Assembly (NCBI GenBank): GCA_050012255.1
Contig: JBEKHN010000025.1
Location: forward strand, 1 to 25,977
DNA from: Candidatus Bathyarchaeia archaeon
GTDB lineage: Archaea > Thermoproteota > Bathyarchaeia > Bathyarchaeales > Bathycorpusculaceae
Direction: 5' to 3'
DNA: 25,977 bases
The notes beneath the pieces are model-generated. The model was not told the DNA's origin. It ran no database searches and worked only from the letters and a program-made list of their open reading frames with translations. Positions 8,500 through 18,001 of the stretch are shown here, one piece after another (within the stretch, counting starts at the first letter, position 1; every line of letters starts with the position of its first letter). The translations under genes were made by a program, and so were the position numbers.

Positions 8500-8532
8500 T
8501 CCGCCGCTCTAACCTTACTGAGCTACGGGCCC
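8455..8532 (-). tRNA. tRNA-Lys(CTT), intronless, CCA encoded
   Basis: GGGCCCGTAGCTCAGTAAGGTTAGAGCGGCGGACTCTTAATCCGTAGGCCACGGGTTCAATTCCCGTCGGGCCCGCCA folds as a cloverleaf with anticodon CTT. Confidence 0.97.
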
Positions 8533-8807
8533 ACGTGGTTTCTTTCAGAAAAGAACTAGCGGAAGGAATTTAGAGCTTTCGGTATCCGTTCGCGAATGCA
8601 TCTTACACGTTCAATCGTGTTTGTTTCTCTTTGCTCTTCTGAACTGCCTCCCGCATCAAATTCTTAATCGAGGAACGACTCTCCTCCGTGGTTCTGTATC
8701 TAGTCCATCGTACAACGTAGTTATGTTTTTAGCTTTCATGGGTCAAACTGCGGCGCACGAAGTTAGTCTGAGACTAAAGCTTTAAGTCTCCACTTTTAAT
8801 TTCCGTT

Positions 8808-9626
8808 GTGAAGAGGTTGGAAGGTTTGGGTGAGCTGGTTTTCGTTGGACTTGGGCTTCATGATCATTTGGGGATAAGTCTTCGAGGATTAGAGGAAACG
8901 AAAACGGCGGATGATATCTTCATCGAGCTGTATACGAGTCTGCTCCCAGACTTTTCGATGAAACTCTTCGCAGAACTCTCAGGCAAGAAGCCCCAGATAG
9001 TTGTGAGAAAAGACCTTGAAGAACGGAACGGAAAAATCATTCTGGACACAGCGGACGCTGGCAAGGCCGTTTTGCTTGTTCCAGGCGATCCCATGATCGC
9101 AACGACCCATGTTGCCTTGCGGATTGAAGCTGAAAAACGTGGGATAAGAACCCGAATAATCCATGGAGCATCAATACTTTCTGCAGCAATCGGCGTCTCG
9201 GGACTGCACAACTACAAGTTTGGAAAAAGCGTGACCATACCTTTCCCAGATAAGAATCCGTCTGAAACTCCATACGAAGTCATTGCTCAAAACAAGAAGC
9301 TGGGGCTTCACACCCTTTGCCTATTGGACATTGAAACAGGCGGAAATCGTTACCTAAGCATAGGCGACGCCCTGAGAGAGTTGTCAAAAACGGAGGCTAA
9401 AAGAAAAGATAAGGTGGTCACCATGGATACGCTTGCCGTCGGCGTTGCGAGAGCTGGAAGCAGTAACCCTAAAGTTAAGGCAGGTCCTGTGATGGATATC
9501 TTGGATTATGATTTTGGTCAGCCCCCTCACAGCTTGATCTTTCCCGGGAGACTTCACTTCATGGAGGCTGAGGCATTAATAGTGTTAGCAGGCGCACCTG
9601 AAACCTTAAGAAGGCTTGCAGAATGA
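8808..9626 (+). CDS. dph5: Diphthine synthase
   Basis: LVFVGLGL, ELYTS, GDPMIATTH, GLHNYKFGKSVT, GLHTLCLLD and PPHSLIFPG.LHFMEAE motifs. The start may be TTG at 8826. Confidence 0.96.
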   Translation: MKRLEGLGELVFVGLGLHDHLGISLRGLEETKTADDIFIELYTSLLPDFSMKLFAELSGKKPQIVVRKDLEERNGKIILDTADAGKAVLLVPGDPMIATTHVALRIEAEKRGIRTRIIHGASILSAAIGVSGLHNYKFGKSVTIPFPDKNPSETPYEVIAQNKKLGLHTLCLLDIETGGNRYLSIGDALRELSKTEAKRKDKVVTMDTLAVGVARAGSSNPKVKAGPVMDILDYDFGQPPHSLIFPGRLHFMEAEALIVLAGAPETLRRLAE

Positions 9627-9913
9627 GCCTGGATGAGCTTGCTTCAAAGTACATCAGCTCTGCTGAACAAGTCTTCACGAGAGTTGCAATTTCAACGGCC
9701 CCTGTCAGTGTGAATGTTGAAAGCGTGAGAAGGGTTGTAGACTGCGCTAAAGACTATCTTAAAGATGCGAGGTATTACATGAAAAAGAAGAAATTTGAGG
9801 TGAGCTTAACCTCTGTCGCCTACTGTGAAGGCTTGCTCGACGCACTCAGAATGTTAGGAGCGGTCAGTTTCGAATGGCCAAAAAAAGCGCGGAAAACGAG
9901 AAGCGAAGAGTAG
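9623..9913 (+). CDS. DUF357 family protein
   Basis: AKDYLKDARYY...SVAYCEGLLDALRMLG; ATGA overlap with dph5. Confidence 0.88.
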   Translation: MSLDELASKYISSAEQVFTRVAISTAPVSVNVESVRRVVDCAKDYLKDARYYMKKKKFEVSLTSVAYCEGLLDALRMLGAVSFEWPKKARKTRSEE

Positions 9914-10350
9914 TCCTTGCCTCAGGCGTGTTTGACCTGCTGCACCTGGGGCACGTGCGGTTTCTTGAAGAAGCAAAAAAAGCAGGCGGTCCGAACGCCA
10001 AGCTCATAGTGATCGTGGCAAGGGACAGCACGGTGGAGAAGAGGAAAGGGAAGAAGCCGGTGATGCCCGAGTATCAACGTTGCGCGCTCGTCGCTTCATT
10101 GAAGGTCGTTGACGAGGTCATGTTGGGATACGAGAACTTCAGCATGCAGAAGGTTCTTGAGAAGATCAGACCAGATGTCGTTGCGGTTGGTCATGACAGC
10201 CATGTCAGCGGCTTGGAGCGGGAAGTAAGAGATGCGATCAAGAAAAAAGGGTCAGACATAAAAATCGTGAAGATCAGCAAGTTCAGCTCAGACGAGCTGG
10301 ACAGTTCGTCAAAGATCAAGCAGAGAATCGTCGACCAGCTCAAAGGATGA
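9874..10350 (+). CDS. ribL: FAD synthetase (cytidyltransferase-like)
   Basis: VLASGVFDLLHLGH, VIVARD, RPDVVAVGHD and SSSKIK motifs. Confidence 0.9.
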   Translation: MAKKSAENEKRRVVLASGVFDLLHLGHVRFLEEAKKAGGPNAKLIVIVARDSTVEKRKGKKPVMPEYQRCALVASLKVVDEVMLGYENFSMQKVLEKIRPDVVAVGHDSHVSGLEREVRDAIKKKGSDIKIVKISKFSSDELDSSSKIKQRIVDQLKG

Positions 10351-10356
10351 GAGCTC

Positions 10357-10968
10357 ATGTCTAAGAACTCGAAAGCGTACATGCCAACTTTCATGCTTAT
10401 CGCAGTAAATGTGGCTGTTTACGGTTACACATGCTTTCTGAGCGGGGACCTCACCATGAGCGAAGCGGTCGGTCAAAACTACGGACAGTATAACCTTGCA
10501 GTTTTTAACGGTGAAGTCTGGCGGCTATTCACGGCAATGTTCATTCACGCCGACATCGCACACATCGTCGGCAACATGCTCTTTCTACTGATATTCGGGC
10601 TCAGGTCCGAAAAGCTGTTCGACCTAAAAGAATACTTCCTAATCTACTTCCTAAGCGGGCTGGCTGGAGGTTTTCTGACACTATTCTTAGGGCCTAATAT
10701 GCTCTCGGTCGGAGCTTCAGGCGCCATCTTCGGCATGATTGGGGCGAGCACGATTTATGCCAGACGTGCCATCGGTCAATCTATAGTTACCGCGCTGTTG
10801 TATTCTTTCTTCCTTTTGATAATTAATATCAGCCAAAACGTGAACGTTTTTGCGCACCTCGGCGGTTTAATCGCTGGATTACTGATAGGCTATATGCTGG
10901 CAACGACGCGCAAACCTCGGCAAATAGTCACATATGAGTACAGCTATCCCAGTTCTTACGGTACGTAG
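10357..10968 (+). CDS. Rhomboid family intramembrane serine protease
   Basis: WRLFTAMFIH, HIVGNM, GASGAIFG and AHLGG motifs. Confidence 0.95.
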   Translation: MSKNSKAYMPTFMLIAVNVAVYGYTCFLSGDLTMSEAVGQNYGQYNLAVFNGEVWRLFTAMFIHADIAHIVGNMLFLLIFGLRSEKLFDLKEYFLIYFLSGLAGGFLTLFLGPNMLSVGASGAIFGMIGASTIYARRAIGQSIVTALLYSFFLLIINISQNVNVFAHLGGLIAGLLIGYMLATTRKPRQIVTYEYSYPSSYGT

Positions 10969-11130
10969 AAAAAATACTGTTATCCATTGTGTTGATTGGA
11001 ACACGCTCAAGTCCAGACTGTCTATCCAGTTCTTCAAGCGCGCGCTGAAGCACTGCCTATACTCTAGCCTAAAAAAGAAAAGAGCCTCTGGGACATTTGC
11101 ACAACTCATAAGCGGGCTAGCTTAATCAAG

Positions 11131-13203
11131 TCACTCTCTTTGAGCCTGTTTTCTTCTGCAGACTATGACTGCCAGTAGTGTCGCTATGAAGACTAAGGGC
11201 AGAATGAGGAGTGATGGGAACTCTGGGATTATGATTATTTCAAGTTTTGAATGTTCATAGCTGAAGTAGATGATGCTCAGAGTTTCGTTCTCAAATATCG
11301 GCGCGTAAGAGACTTGAGTGCCGTTAATCGTTATGGTGTAGGGAGGAGACAGTAGACCATGAGGAATAGTCAATCTACAGAAGCCGTTAGTTTGACCTAC
11401 AGTCATGTTAGAAACACGCAGCGTGACAGTGCTGTTAGACTCGAAATATGCAAGGTCTTCTATAGTGGAGTTGGAGACAACATCAACACTATAGCCTAAT
11501 GAAGCGTTGAAGCTGGAAAACATGCCCATCAATGGATAGTTGTCTGTGTTGTTTGCATCAATGATGTACGTTAAGTCGCCTATTCCATCACTGCCTGTCT
11601 CATTCTGATGAGGACCACTGCACACATCTGTTCCGTTGTGATCGCTCCAGTAGTTTCCGCCAGAAGGGTAGCCATTGTCCCAAGTGTTAACCCATGATGC
11701 TACTGTGACAGTTCCATTTATGTTGTTGATGATATTGTTGTGGAATAAAGAATTACCCGAAGACGAGATAAGTTCGATTCCGGCGTAGTCGTTGTTTTCT
11801 ATGTTGTTTCCAACTATGCTGTTGCCCGAAGAAGAGTCAAGATAGATGCCACCCCTGTTGTTTGCCGTGGCATTGTTGCCAAGCAAAGTGTTATTGTTAG
11901 AAGAATAGCTGAGCCTAATGCCATCTTGGAAGTTTGCCGTGACGTTGTTGCCAACCAAAGTGTTGTTAGAAGAAGAGATGAGCCAGATGCCAAAATAGTA
12001 GTGCGTGCCTGCTATGTTGTTGCCAGATAAAATGTTGCTATTCGAAGAAAAGTCTGGGTAACCCTGCGAAGAGCCGAGCACAATGCCAAACATTTGACTT
12101 GATGTGACATTGTTGCCAGACAATATATTGTCAAAGGATGAGCCGAGCACAATGCCATAAGCGTTGTTTGCGACGTTGTTGCCAGTGATTTTTGAATCGT
12201 TTGTGAATGCAACCAGAATCCCCTGAGCATTGCTTGTTAGGTTCAGCCCTCGCGCAGTCACGTTGGCACAGTCAACGAGGCCCAAATATCCAATCTCTGG
12301 ATACGAATCAGCACTTACCATCATGTCTGACTGGTTCACGAAGTAGTAAACTGGCTTGCCGTTCACTAGATTTGAGGCATCAATTGAATGTAGATAGTGG
12401 CTCAAAGCATAACCATCAACTCCAAAATTGTATCTGTTACCTTCCATCACGTTCCCAGACAAAGTGTTATTGGAAGAAGCCCAGAGGCTAATGCCATAGC
12501 CGACGTTTGCACCATAGCCGTTGTTCAATGCGTTGTTGTCAGACAAAACATTGTGGTCAGAGGATGAGCCGAGCACAATGCCATCCCATCTGTTTGCCGT
12601 GACGTTGTTGCCAAATAAAACATTGTCAGAAGAATCAAAGTTGAGCGTAATGCCATCACCGTTATATGTAATGTTGTTGCCGAACAAAGTGTTCTTAGAA
12701 GAATTGCTGAGATAGACGCCATGATCACTGCCTGCGACATTGTTGCCAGACAAATTGTTGTTGAAGGAAGAGAAGGCGAGAAAAATGCCACCCCATTGGT
12801 TTGCCGTGACGTTGTTGCCAGAGAGAACATTACTAGAAGAACTGCTGAGCTGAATGCCATAGCCGAAGTTTTCTATCGTCATGTTTCCTAATGTGACGTT
12901 GACCCTTTCCGTAAGCGTTATTCCGTTCCCGTTTCTGACTCCCCTCACAGTGTAGCCTGCCCCATCAACCACAATGCTGTCCTTCTCAACAACTATGCCG
13001 TCAGCATCGCTGGTAACGTTGCCAGTTAAGGTGTAAGTGACATAGTCAAAGGTTGAAATGGGTGCACTTGGCGGGTCAATGCTCCCATCGGCTCTTATGT
13101 AAACGGTTCCACTTGCCTTGACTGGTTGAATGCTTAACGCTAGGGCTAAACATCCCATTAGAAGAAATGAAACCACTATTCCAGCAACTATTCTTCCAGA
13201 CAT
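11131..13203 (-). CDS. Surface protein with NosD/CASH parallel beta-helix repeats and PEF-CTERM-like anchor
   Basis: Signal peptide, GIxLxxSxxNxLxGNN repeats, GNYWSD, C-terminal IPEFPS-TM-RRK. ATG at 13203 preferred over GTG at 13224. Confidence 0.92.
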   Translation of the reverse strand: MSGRIVAGIVVSFLLMGCLALALSIQPVKASGTVYIRADGSIDPPSAPISTFDYVTYTLTGNVTSDADGIVVEKDSIVVDGAGYTVRGVRNGNGITLTERVNVTLGNMTIENFGYGIQLSSSSSNVLSGNNVTANQWGGIFLAFSSFNNNLSGNNVAGSDHGVYLSNSSKNTLFGNNITYNGDGITLNFDSSDNVLFGNNVTANRWDGIVLGSSSDHNVLSDNNALNNGYGANVGYGISLWASSNNTLSGNVMEGNRYNFGVDGYALSHYLHSIDASNLVNGKPVYYFVNQSDMMVSADSYPEIGYLGLVDCANVTARGLNLTSNAQGILVAFTNDSKITGNNVANNAYGIVLGSSFDNILSGNNVTSSQMFGIVLGSSQGYPDFSSNSNILSGNNIAGTHYYFGIWLISSSNNTLVGNNVTANFQDGIRLSYSSNNNTLLGNNATANNRGGIYLDSSSGNSIVGNNIENNDYAGIELISSSGNSLFHNNIINNINGTVTVASWVNTWDNGYPSGGNYWSDHNGTDVCSGPHQNETGSDGIGDLTYIIDANNTDNYPLMGMFSSFNASLGYSVDVVSNSTIEDLAYFESNSTVTLRVSNMTVGQTNGFCRLTIPHGLLSPPYTITINGTQVSYAPIFENETLSIIYFSYEHSKLEIIIIPEFPSLLILPLVFIATLLAVIVCRRKQAQRE

Positions 13204-13315
13204 TTTCTTTCTCCCTATATTCACCTTCGTTTAAAGAGGCCGACAATGTACACTTAGGTACATTAGACCTGCCAACCCTTTCCCATGAACACGCAATTTG
13301 TTGTAACACTTGGAA

Positions 13316-13343
13316 ATTTAAGAAACACGCACGATACGTGAGT
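13316..13343 (-). promoter_or_regulatory. Operator ACGCACG-ATA-CGTGAGT plus adjacent TATA-like box (copy 1)
   Basis: 27/28 identical to 23678..23705; oriented toward the 13203 gene. Confidence 0.75.
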
Positions 13344-13582
13344 GTCACAGAAAATGAGACACGTTGCAAAGACAACGTAGCGCGCTACAATTAGGAATGA
13401 TGAACACTTGGGTATTAATACCACTTCGCGTTCGGAGTGTTAATATGTGAGTATAAGCGCGCCGGAATTAACGTAATAGAAACGGGATTTTGCATCCTCT
13501 CGCCGAAAACGCTCTATGAGCACTTAATTCTTGGACAATCGAGGTTGGGGCAAGGTTTTTCTCTGGCGTAATTGATTATTCC

Positions 13583-13876
13583 ATGAAACACATGACCAAG
13601 TTCAGTTTTAGCGACGCCTTCTCCACAGGTATAGGCTTGGCAACGGGGTTGATTATGGTACAGTATGCGTTCCGAGCCATTGGAGCACCTGAGAAGACCG
13701 CCAGACAAGTCATTGTCTGCTTCAGATGTGATAGCAAAAACCCCGTGGAAAACAAGTTTTGCGGACAATGCGGTCAAGCCTTGTACCCTTTGCCTCCGAT
13801 CAATTGCCCACGATGTATGGCCATAATGTCATCGAGGATGAATTTTTGCGGAAGATGTGGCTCTCTGCTCAGGTAA
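13583..13876 (+). CDS. Double zinc ribbon protein with N-terminal glycine-rich hydrophobic helix
   Basis: CFRC...KFCGQCG...CPRC...NFCGRCG. Confidence 0.8.
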   Translation: MKHMTKFSFSDAFSTGIGLATGLIMVQYAFRAIGAPEKTARQVIVCFRCDSKNPVENKFCGQCGQALYPLPPINCPRCMAIMSSRMNFCGRCGSLLR

Positions 13877-13904
13877 GAGAAAATTGAACGTCGCCTGATT
13901 GGGT

Positions 13905-13932
13905 GTGGGTTCAAATTCCACCCCCTGCACCA
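13905..13932 (+). repeat. Isolated tRNA-Leu-like 3' end (att-like remnant)
   Basis: GTGGG-TTCAAAT-TCCAC-CCCCTGC-A-CCA with no 5' half upstream. Confidence 0.7.
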
Positions 13933-14152
13933 GCCTACCAGAATTTGGGTACGGTTTGAGCTTATTTTGTTAAAAGAGACTTGATTTTGGGCTTTGTTGT
14001 TGGGGTTGAGATTTGAGCACGTGTTTACCGGTGAAAGTGCTGGGCGTCTATAGCCGGGGATAGGTTCGAATATCGGTTTGATTTATCGGGGTTTATACTC
14101 TACTCTTTTTTCTTTTTGGAGAAAGGCTGAAGAATGGGCTTCAAATCAACTT

Positions 14153-17100
14153 TTAAAGTGGTGGACGTTTTCTCTTGTAGGCTATGGCTGCAAGCAGTGT
14201 TATTATCATGAATATTGGCAGGATTAGGCTTGATGGAAATTCTTGGATTACTTGGTAGACGAGGTAGGGTTCTGTTCCGTCAAGGGTTGCGTTGTTTCCT
14301 GCATTGTCATAGGCGACTATTCTGAATCTTACTGTTGTGCCTGCTTCTTGTTGTGGTATTGTGGCTTCGTAGAGGCTGGGTGATGCGTTAAGGTTCATGG
14401 GTAAGGGCTCTTCCCATGTGGTTCCGTTGTCTAAGGAATAGTATAATGTGACATTTTTCACCTGGTTTATGATGTCGGTAACGTTTGCTGAAACCTTCAC
14501 GGACTGGCCTGGTTGCACATCGCTAGGAGGCTCGCGGGATGGTATCTCGATGATTGGTCCGTTTGAATCTAAAGCTATCGTATCTGCGTATGTCTCTGAA
14601 ATCAGTCCTGCGTTGTCTTTGATTTGGTAGTAGACTGTCTTCGCTCCTTCTTCAGAAGTTAGAGTCCAAGTTTTTGTTGTGGAAAAGTCTTCCCAGGGTT
14701 CGGTGTCCCACACGCCGCCGTTGCTGTATCTGACTTGATAGACGCCTGAGGTGGCGTCGGTTGCGGTTAGACTTAACGTCACAGAGGTTGAGGTTGTGTA
14801 AGTATCGCTATTGTTGATTATGATAGAGCCCGTGGGAGTTGTCTTGTCCAATTTGATTCCAGCCAAAATGTGATGAATCTCTTCATTGTCTGCGTTGTCC
14901 ACGCTCCAATATTCGAGCGTGTTGTTGGCTCCTTCTGTTGCGATGAGTGGTTGTCCGTCGGGGCTGACGGTTTTGGTTGGTCCATCGTTGATTTTGTAGT
15001 AGGTTTCAGCTACGCCGCTCATGTCGTCGGTGGCTGTCAGGTTGATTGTGAAATGTGTGGTGTGCCACAAACTGTCATAGTCGTGAACGGTCATTGGAGC
15101 GGTGGAGTCTAGTATGACTGTTACGGGACTTGTGATGCTATGGCTCAAATCGTCATTGTCTGTTATCGTGAGGTTTACCTGGTATGTCCCCGTTGCGGTA
15201 TAGATATGTGCTATAATGGGGTCGGTTGTAATCGTAATGTTGCCGTCGCCAAAATCCCAACGGTAGCTTTCTACGGTCCCATCTGGGTCATAGCTTGATG
15301 AAGCATTGAAAGCCACAACCGTGTTTACGGGTGGAAATTCTGGCGAGTAAGTGAAATTGGCTACTGGAGGCGCAAACACTATGATTGTGACATAAACAAG
15401 ATTACCTTCTTGGCTAGTTACTCCAAGATCATCCATCACGATAAGTGTAGCGTTATAGATGCCGTGAGAAGTATATTGATATGAAACCATAGGTGAGGTG
15501 ATCCAACTGCTGTTTGTGCCATCCCCGAAATCAAAGAAGTAATATTCTATCTGGCCATCATCGGTTGATGCAGAAGCGTCAAAAGCGACAGCTTCATTTG
15601 TAATCACTAATGTTTTATCCACTATGAACATTGCTATCGGGCGATCGTTGATTTGACTAACGGGATCAGTTAGAAAAGGTATGAAATCAAAGTCTACTCC
15701 ATCACCATTGACTGAGTTTCCTGTCCCATTCACATTTAATGATTCATGGTATGGTCCGCTTGGATCACCCCAATAGTCATTTTCGGCATTGACGGTGGCG
15801 CCATCGGTTACGTTCATCCCAAAGGAGTTACGGTAAATGTCATTGTATTGAGCCAGATTGTTTACTGTGCGAATGTAGAAGACTCCATATGTGTTGTAAG
15901 AGATGGAGTTGCGAGTAAGATTAGCTATGATGGCTCCGTCGATCCATATTCCTTTTTGACGGTTTGCCGAGACTGTGTTATCCGACAATGTTAAATCAAA
16001 CTCAGCTCCGTAATGGTCTTTGGCAACCGCGTAGACTCCATTTTCCTTATTTGATGAAATTACGTTTGAAGAAACGATCATATTGTAGATGTAGGCGTAA
16101 CTACAGGCGCCATAGGAGCTGTCATAAAAGCCCACGCTGTACATGTATATGCCGCTTCCACTATTGAAAAGAACGTTATTGGACAAGAACGTTACATTAA
16201 AAATGGAACTATAGGCACACACGGGATTGCTAATACCGTAGGCGCAAGCGGATAAGTAGATCCCATTTCCTGTATTGAATGAAGCGTTGTTAAACGAAAA
16301 CGTAACATCGTAGATGTAACCCTTGTAACTCCCGTATGTGCCGCCACCTTCGCTATAGAGGTATACGCCTTCTCCGCTATTAGAGAGAATATCGTTGGAT
16401 GAAAAAGTAACATTATAGATTAAGCTGTCGCCTTCATAACTGCAGCTGTATATGCATATTCCCTTTTTATTGTTCGATGAAATCGTGTTGTTCAAGAAAG
16501 CAACATTGTGTATGTATGTAGTCAGCGAAGCATAGTGTTCTCCGGAGCTGATCAGGTCTATGCCATCTTCACCATTGGATGAAATAGTATTATTCAAAAA
16601 CTCAACATTAAAGATGTAGCTGTACGTCCTACCGCAGCTGTTGAGGGATATGCCCTTTCCCTGATTGAACGAAACATTGTTATATGAAAAGGCAACATTG
16701 TAGATGTAACTGTCTGCATCATAGCTTACGCAGTTCAGACTCATGCCGCCATATCCATTGAAAGAGATGTCGTTTGACGAAAATGTAATATTGAAAGCCT
16801 CCCAGCTTGGAGAATAATATGGATAAAATATCCCCTCACCGCACATCACTATGCCGTATCCACTGTTGGATGAAACTGTGTTATTCGAAAACTCGACGTC
16901 GTGGACGTAGTCGTGGCTGTTGTACTCCCCAGTAACCATCCTTAGGCTAATGCCGTCTCCTTGATTGCATGAGACGTTGTTAGAAAGGAACGCAACATTG
17001 TATATAGAACAAACCGAATTGTCTCCATCGGCGCAGTTGCTTAGACTTATGCCGTTTTCGCCACTGGCTAAAATCTTGTTAAAAGAAACTGTGACATTGC

Positions 17101-17893
17101 AAATGTAACTGTAGCCGTACCCACGAGTACTTTCGCTATAACTGGATAGGATTATACCCTTTCCACCATTGGATGAGATCGTATTAGACGAAACCGTAAC
17201 ATTGGAAATGTAGCTTTCGACAGAATAATAGCTGGAGCAGTAACTGCCTAGTTTTACGCCGTCTTCGAAGTTAGATAAAATTGTGTTACCAATAATTACA
17301 ACGCCCGAGTGAGGGTCTGAGTCGCTGGCTATCCCGTTCTTGTTTTGTTTTATGTTGTTTTCCTCAATGAGTACATTACTTCTGCCTTCGATGGTTACAC
17401 CATTTTCGTAATCATTAGATATTTCGTTGTTTTTGATAATTAATTCTCCTATGCTCCTTACTATCACGCCATTTTGATTGCCAGTTATATTATTGTTCGT
17501 AAGCTTAGACATGCTCGTGTCTTGCAGAAAAGCTCCCGTTCCGAAATATTGAATCTTGGCGTTTTTGACCGTTACGTTGCTCCTATGAGATAAGTCTATT
17601 CCAGTTCCGCTTCCTGTGCCTTGAAGAGTATAGCCTGCTCCGTCAACCACAATATCGTCTCTCTCGACTACAATTGAATCATTGATGTTGTCTGTAAATG
17701 TGTACGTAACATTGTCAATACTGGTTATGGGTGCTGTTGGTGGGTCTATGCTTCCTTCCGCCTTTATGTATATGGTTCCGCTTGCCTTAACCACTGGAAC
17801 ATTCAACACCACGCTAAAAACAGCCGTCAAAAACAGCATAACCCAAACACCAGAAACCACACCTCTCCTAAACCTACCCAAAACCTTCCCCAC
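14153..17893 (-). CDS. Large surface protein: parallel beta-helix, two PKD domains, Ig-like domains, PEF-CTERM-like anchor
   Basis: Signal peptide, N.ISSN...GI repeats, FDFGDG and WDFGDG PKD motifs, QEFPS-TM-KRKR. Confidence 0.93.
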   Translation of the reverse strand: MGKVLGRFRRGVVSGVWVMLFLTAVFSVVLNVPVVKASGTIYIKAEGSIDPPTAPITSIDNVTYTFTDNINDSIVVERDDIVVDGAGYTLQGTGSGTGIDLSHRSNVTVKNAKIQYFGTGAFLQDTSMSKLTNNNITGNQNGVIVRSIGELIIKNNEISNDYENGVTIEGRSNVLIEENNIKQNKNGIASDSDPHSGVVIIGNTILSNFEDGVKLGSYCSSYYSVESYISNVTVSSNTISSNGGKGIILSSYSESTRGYGYSYICNVTVSFNKILASGENGISLSNCADGDNSVCSIYNVAFLSNNVSCNQGDGISLRMVTGEYNSHDYVHDVEFSNNTVSSNSGYGIVMCGEGIFYPYYSPSWEAFNITFSSNDISFNGYGGMSLNCVSYDADSYIYNVAFSYNNVSFNQGKGISLNSCGRTYSYIFNVEFLNNTISSNGEDGIDLISSGEHYASLTTYIHNVAFLNNTISSNNKKGICIYSCSYEGDSLIYNVTFSSNDILSNSGEGVYLYSEGGGTYGSYKGYIYDVTFSFNNASFNTGNGIYLSACAYGISNPVCAYSSIFNVTFLSNNVLFNSGSGIYMYSVGFYDSSYGACSYAYIYNMIVSSNVISSNKENGVYAVAKDHYGAEFDLTLSDNTVSANRQKGIWIDGAIIANLTRNSISYNTYGVFYIRTVNNLAQYNDIYRNSFGMNVTDGATVNAENDYWGDPSGPYHESLNVNGTGNSVNGDGVDFDFIPFLTDPVSQINDRPIAMFIVDKTLVITNEAVAFDASASTDDGQIEYYFFDFGDGTNSSWITSPMVSYQYTSHGIYNATLIVMDDLGVTSQEGNLVYVTIIVFAPPVANFTYSPEFPPVNTVVAFNASSSYDPDGTVESYRWDFGDGNITITTDPIIAHIYTATGTYQVNLTITDNDDLSHSITSPVTVILDSTAPMTVHDYDSLWHTTHFTINLTATDDMSGVAETYYKINDGPTKTVSPDGQPLIATEGANNTLEYWSVDNADNEEIHHILAGIKLDKTTPTGSIIINNSDTYTTSTSVTLSLTATDATSGVYQVRYSNGGVWDTEPWEDFSTTKTWTLTSEEGAKTVYYQIKDNAGLISETYADTIALDSNGPIIEIPSREPPSDVQPGQSVKVSANVTDIINQVKNVTLYYSLDNGTTWEEPLPMNLNASPSLYEATIPQQEAGTTVRFRIVAYDNAGNNATLDGTEPYLVYQVIQEFPSSLILPIFMIITLLAAIAYKRKRPPL

Positions 17894-17927
17894 TATTCTA
17901 ATACACTCTGACCATCAGAAATACGTA

Positions 17928-17955
17928 ACTCACGTATCGTGAGTGAACCTCAAAT
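17928..17955 (+). promoter_or_regulatory. Operator ACTCACG-TAT-CGTGAGT plus adjacent TATA-like box (copy 2)
   Basis: Perfect 7-3-7 inverted repeat followed by GAACCTCAAAT, same spacing as copies 1 and 3; lies in a divergent intergenic region. Confidence 0.72.
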
Positions 17956-18001
17956 ACGACCATTTTCTCTTATCTAATTGCAAACTAAAAGGAGAAAGAA
18001 A

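Noticed and set aside
5672-8694. 12-bp match CCTCCGTGGTTC on both sides of the element (5672 and 8683)
   Set aside because: Asymmetric distances to the att sites and short enough to be chance
11800-12860. CRISPR-like periodic repeats
   Set aside because: The repeats are degenerate, in frame and encode beta-helix turns; no cas genes
14153-17893. Complete diversity-generating retroelement
   Set aside because: No reverse transcriptase or template/variable repeat pair in the window; only the loop composition is suggestive
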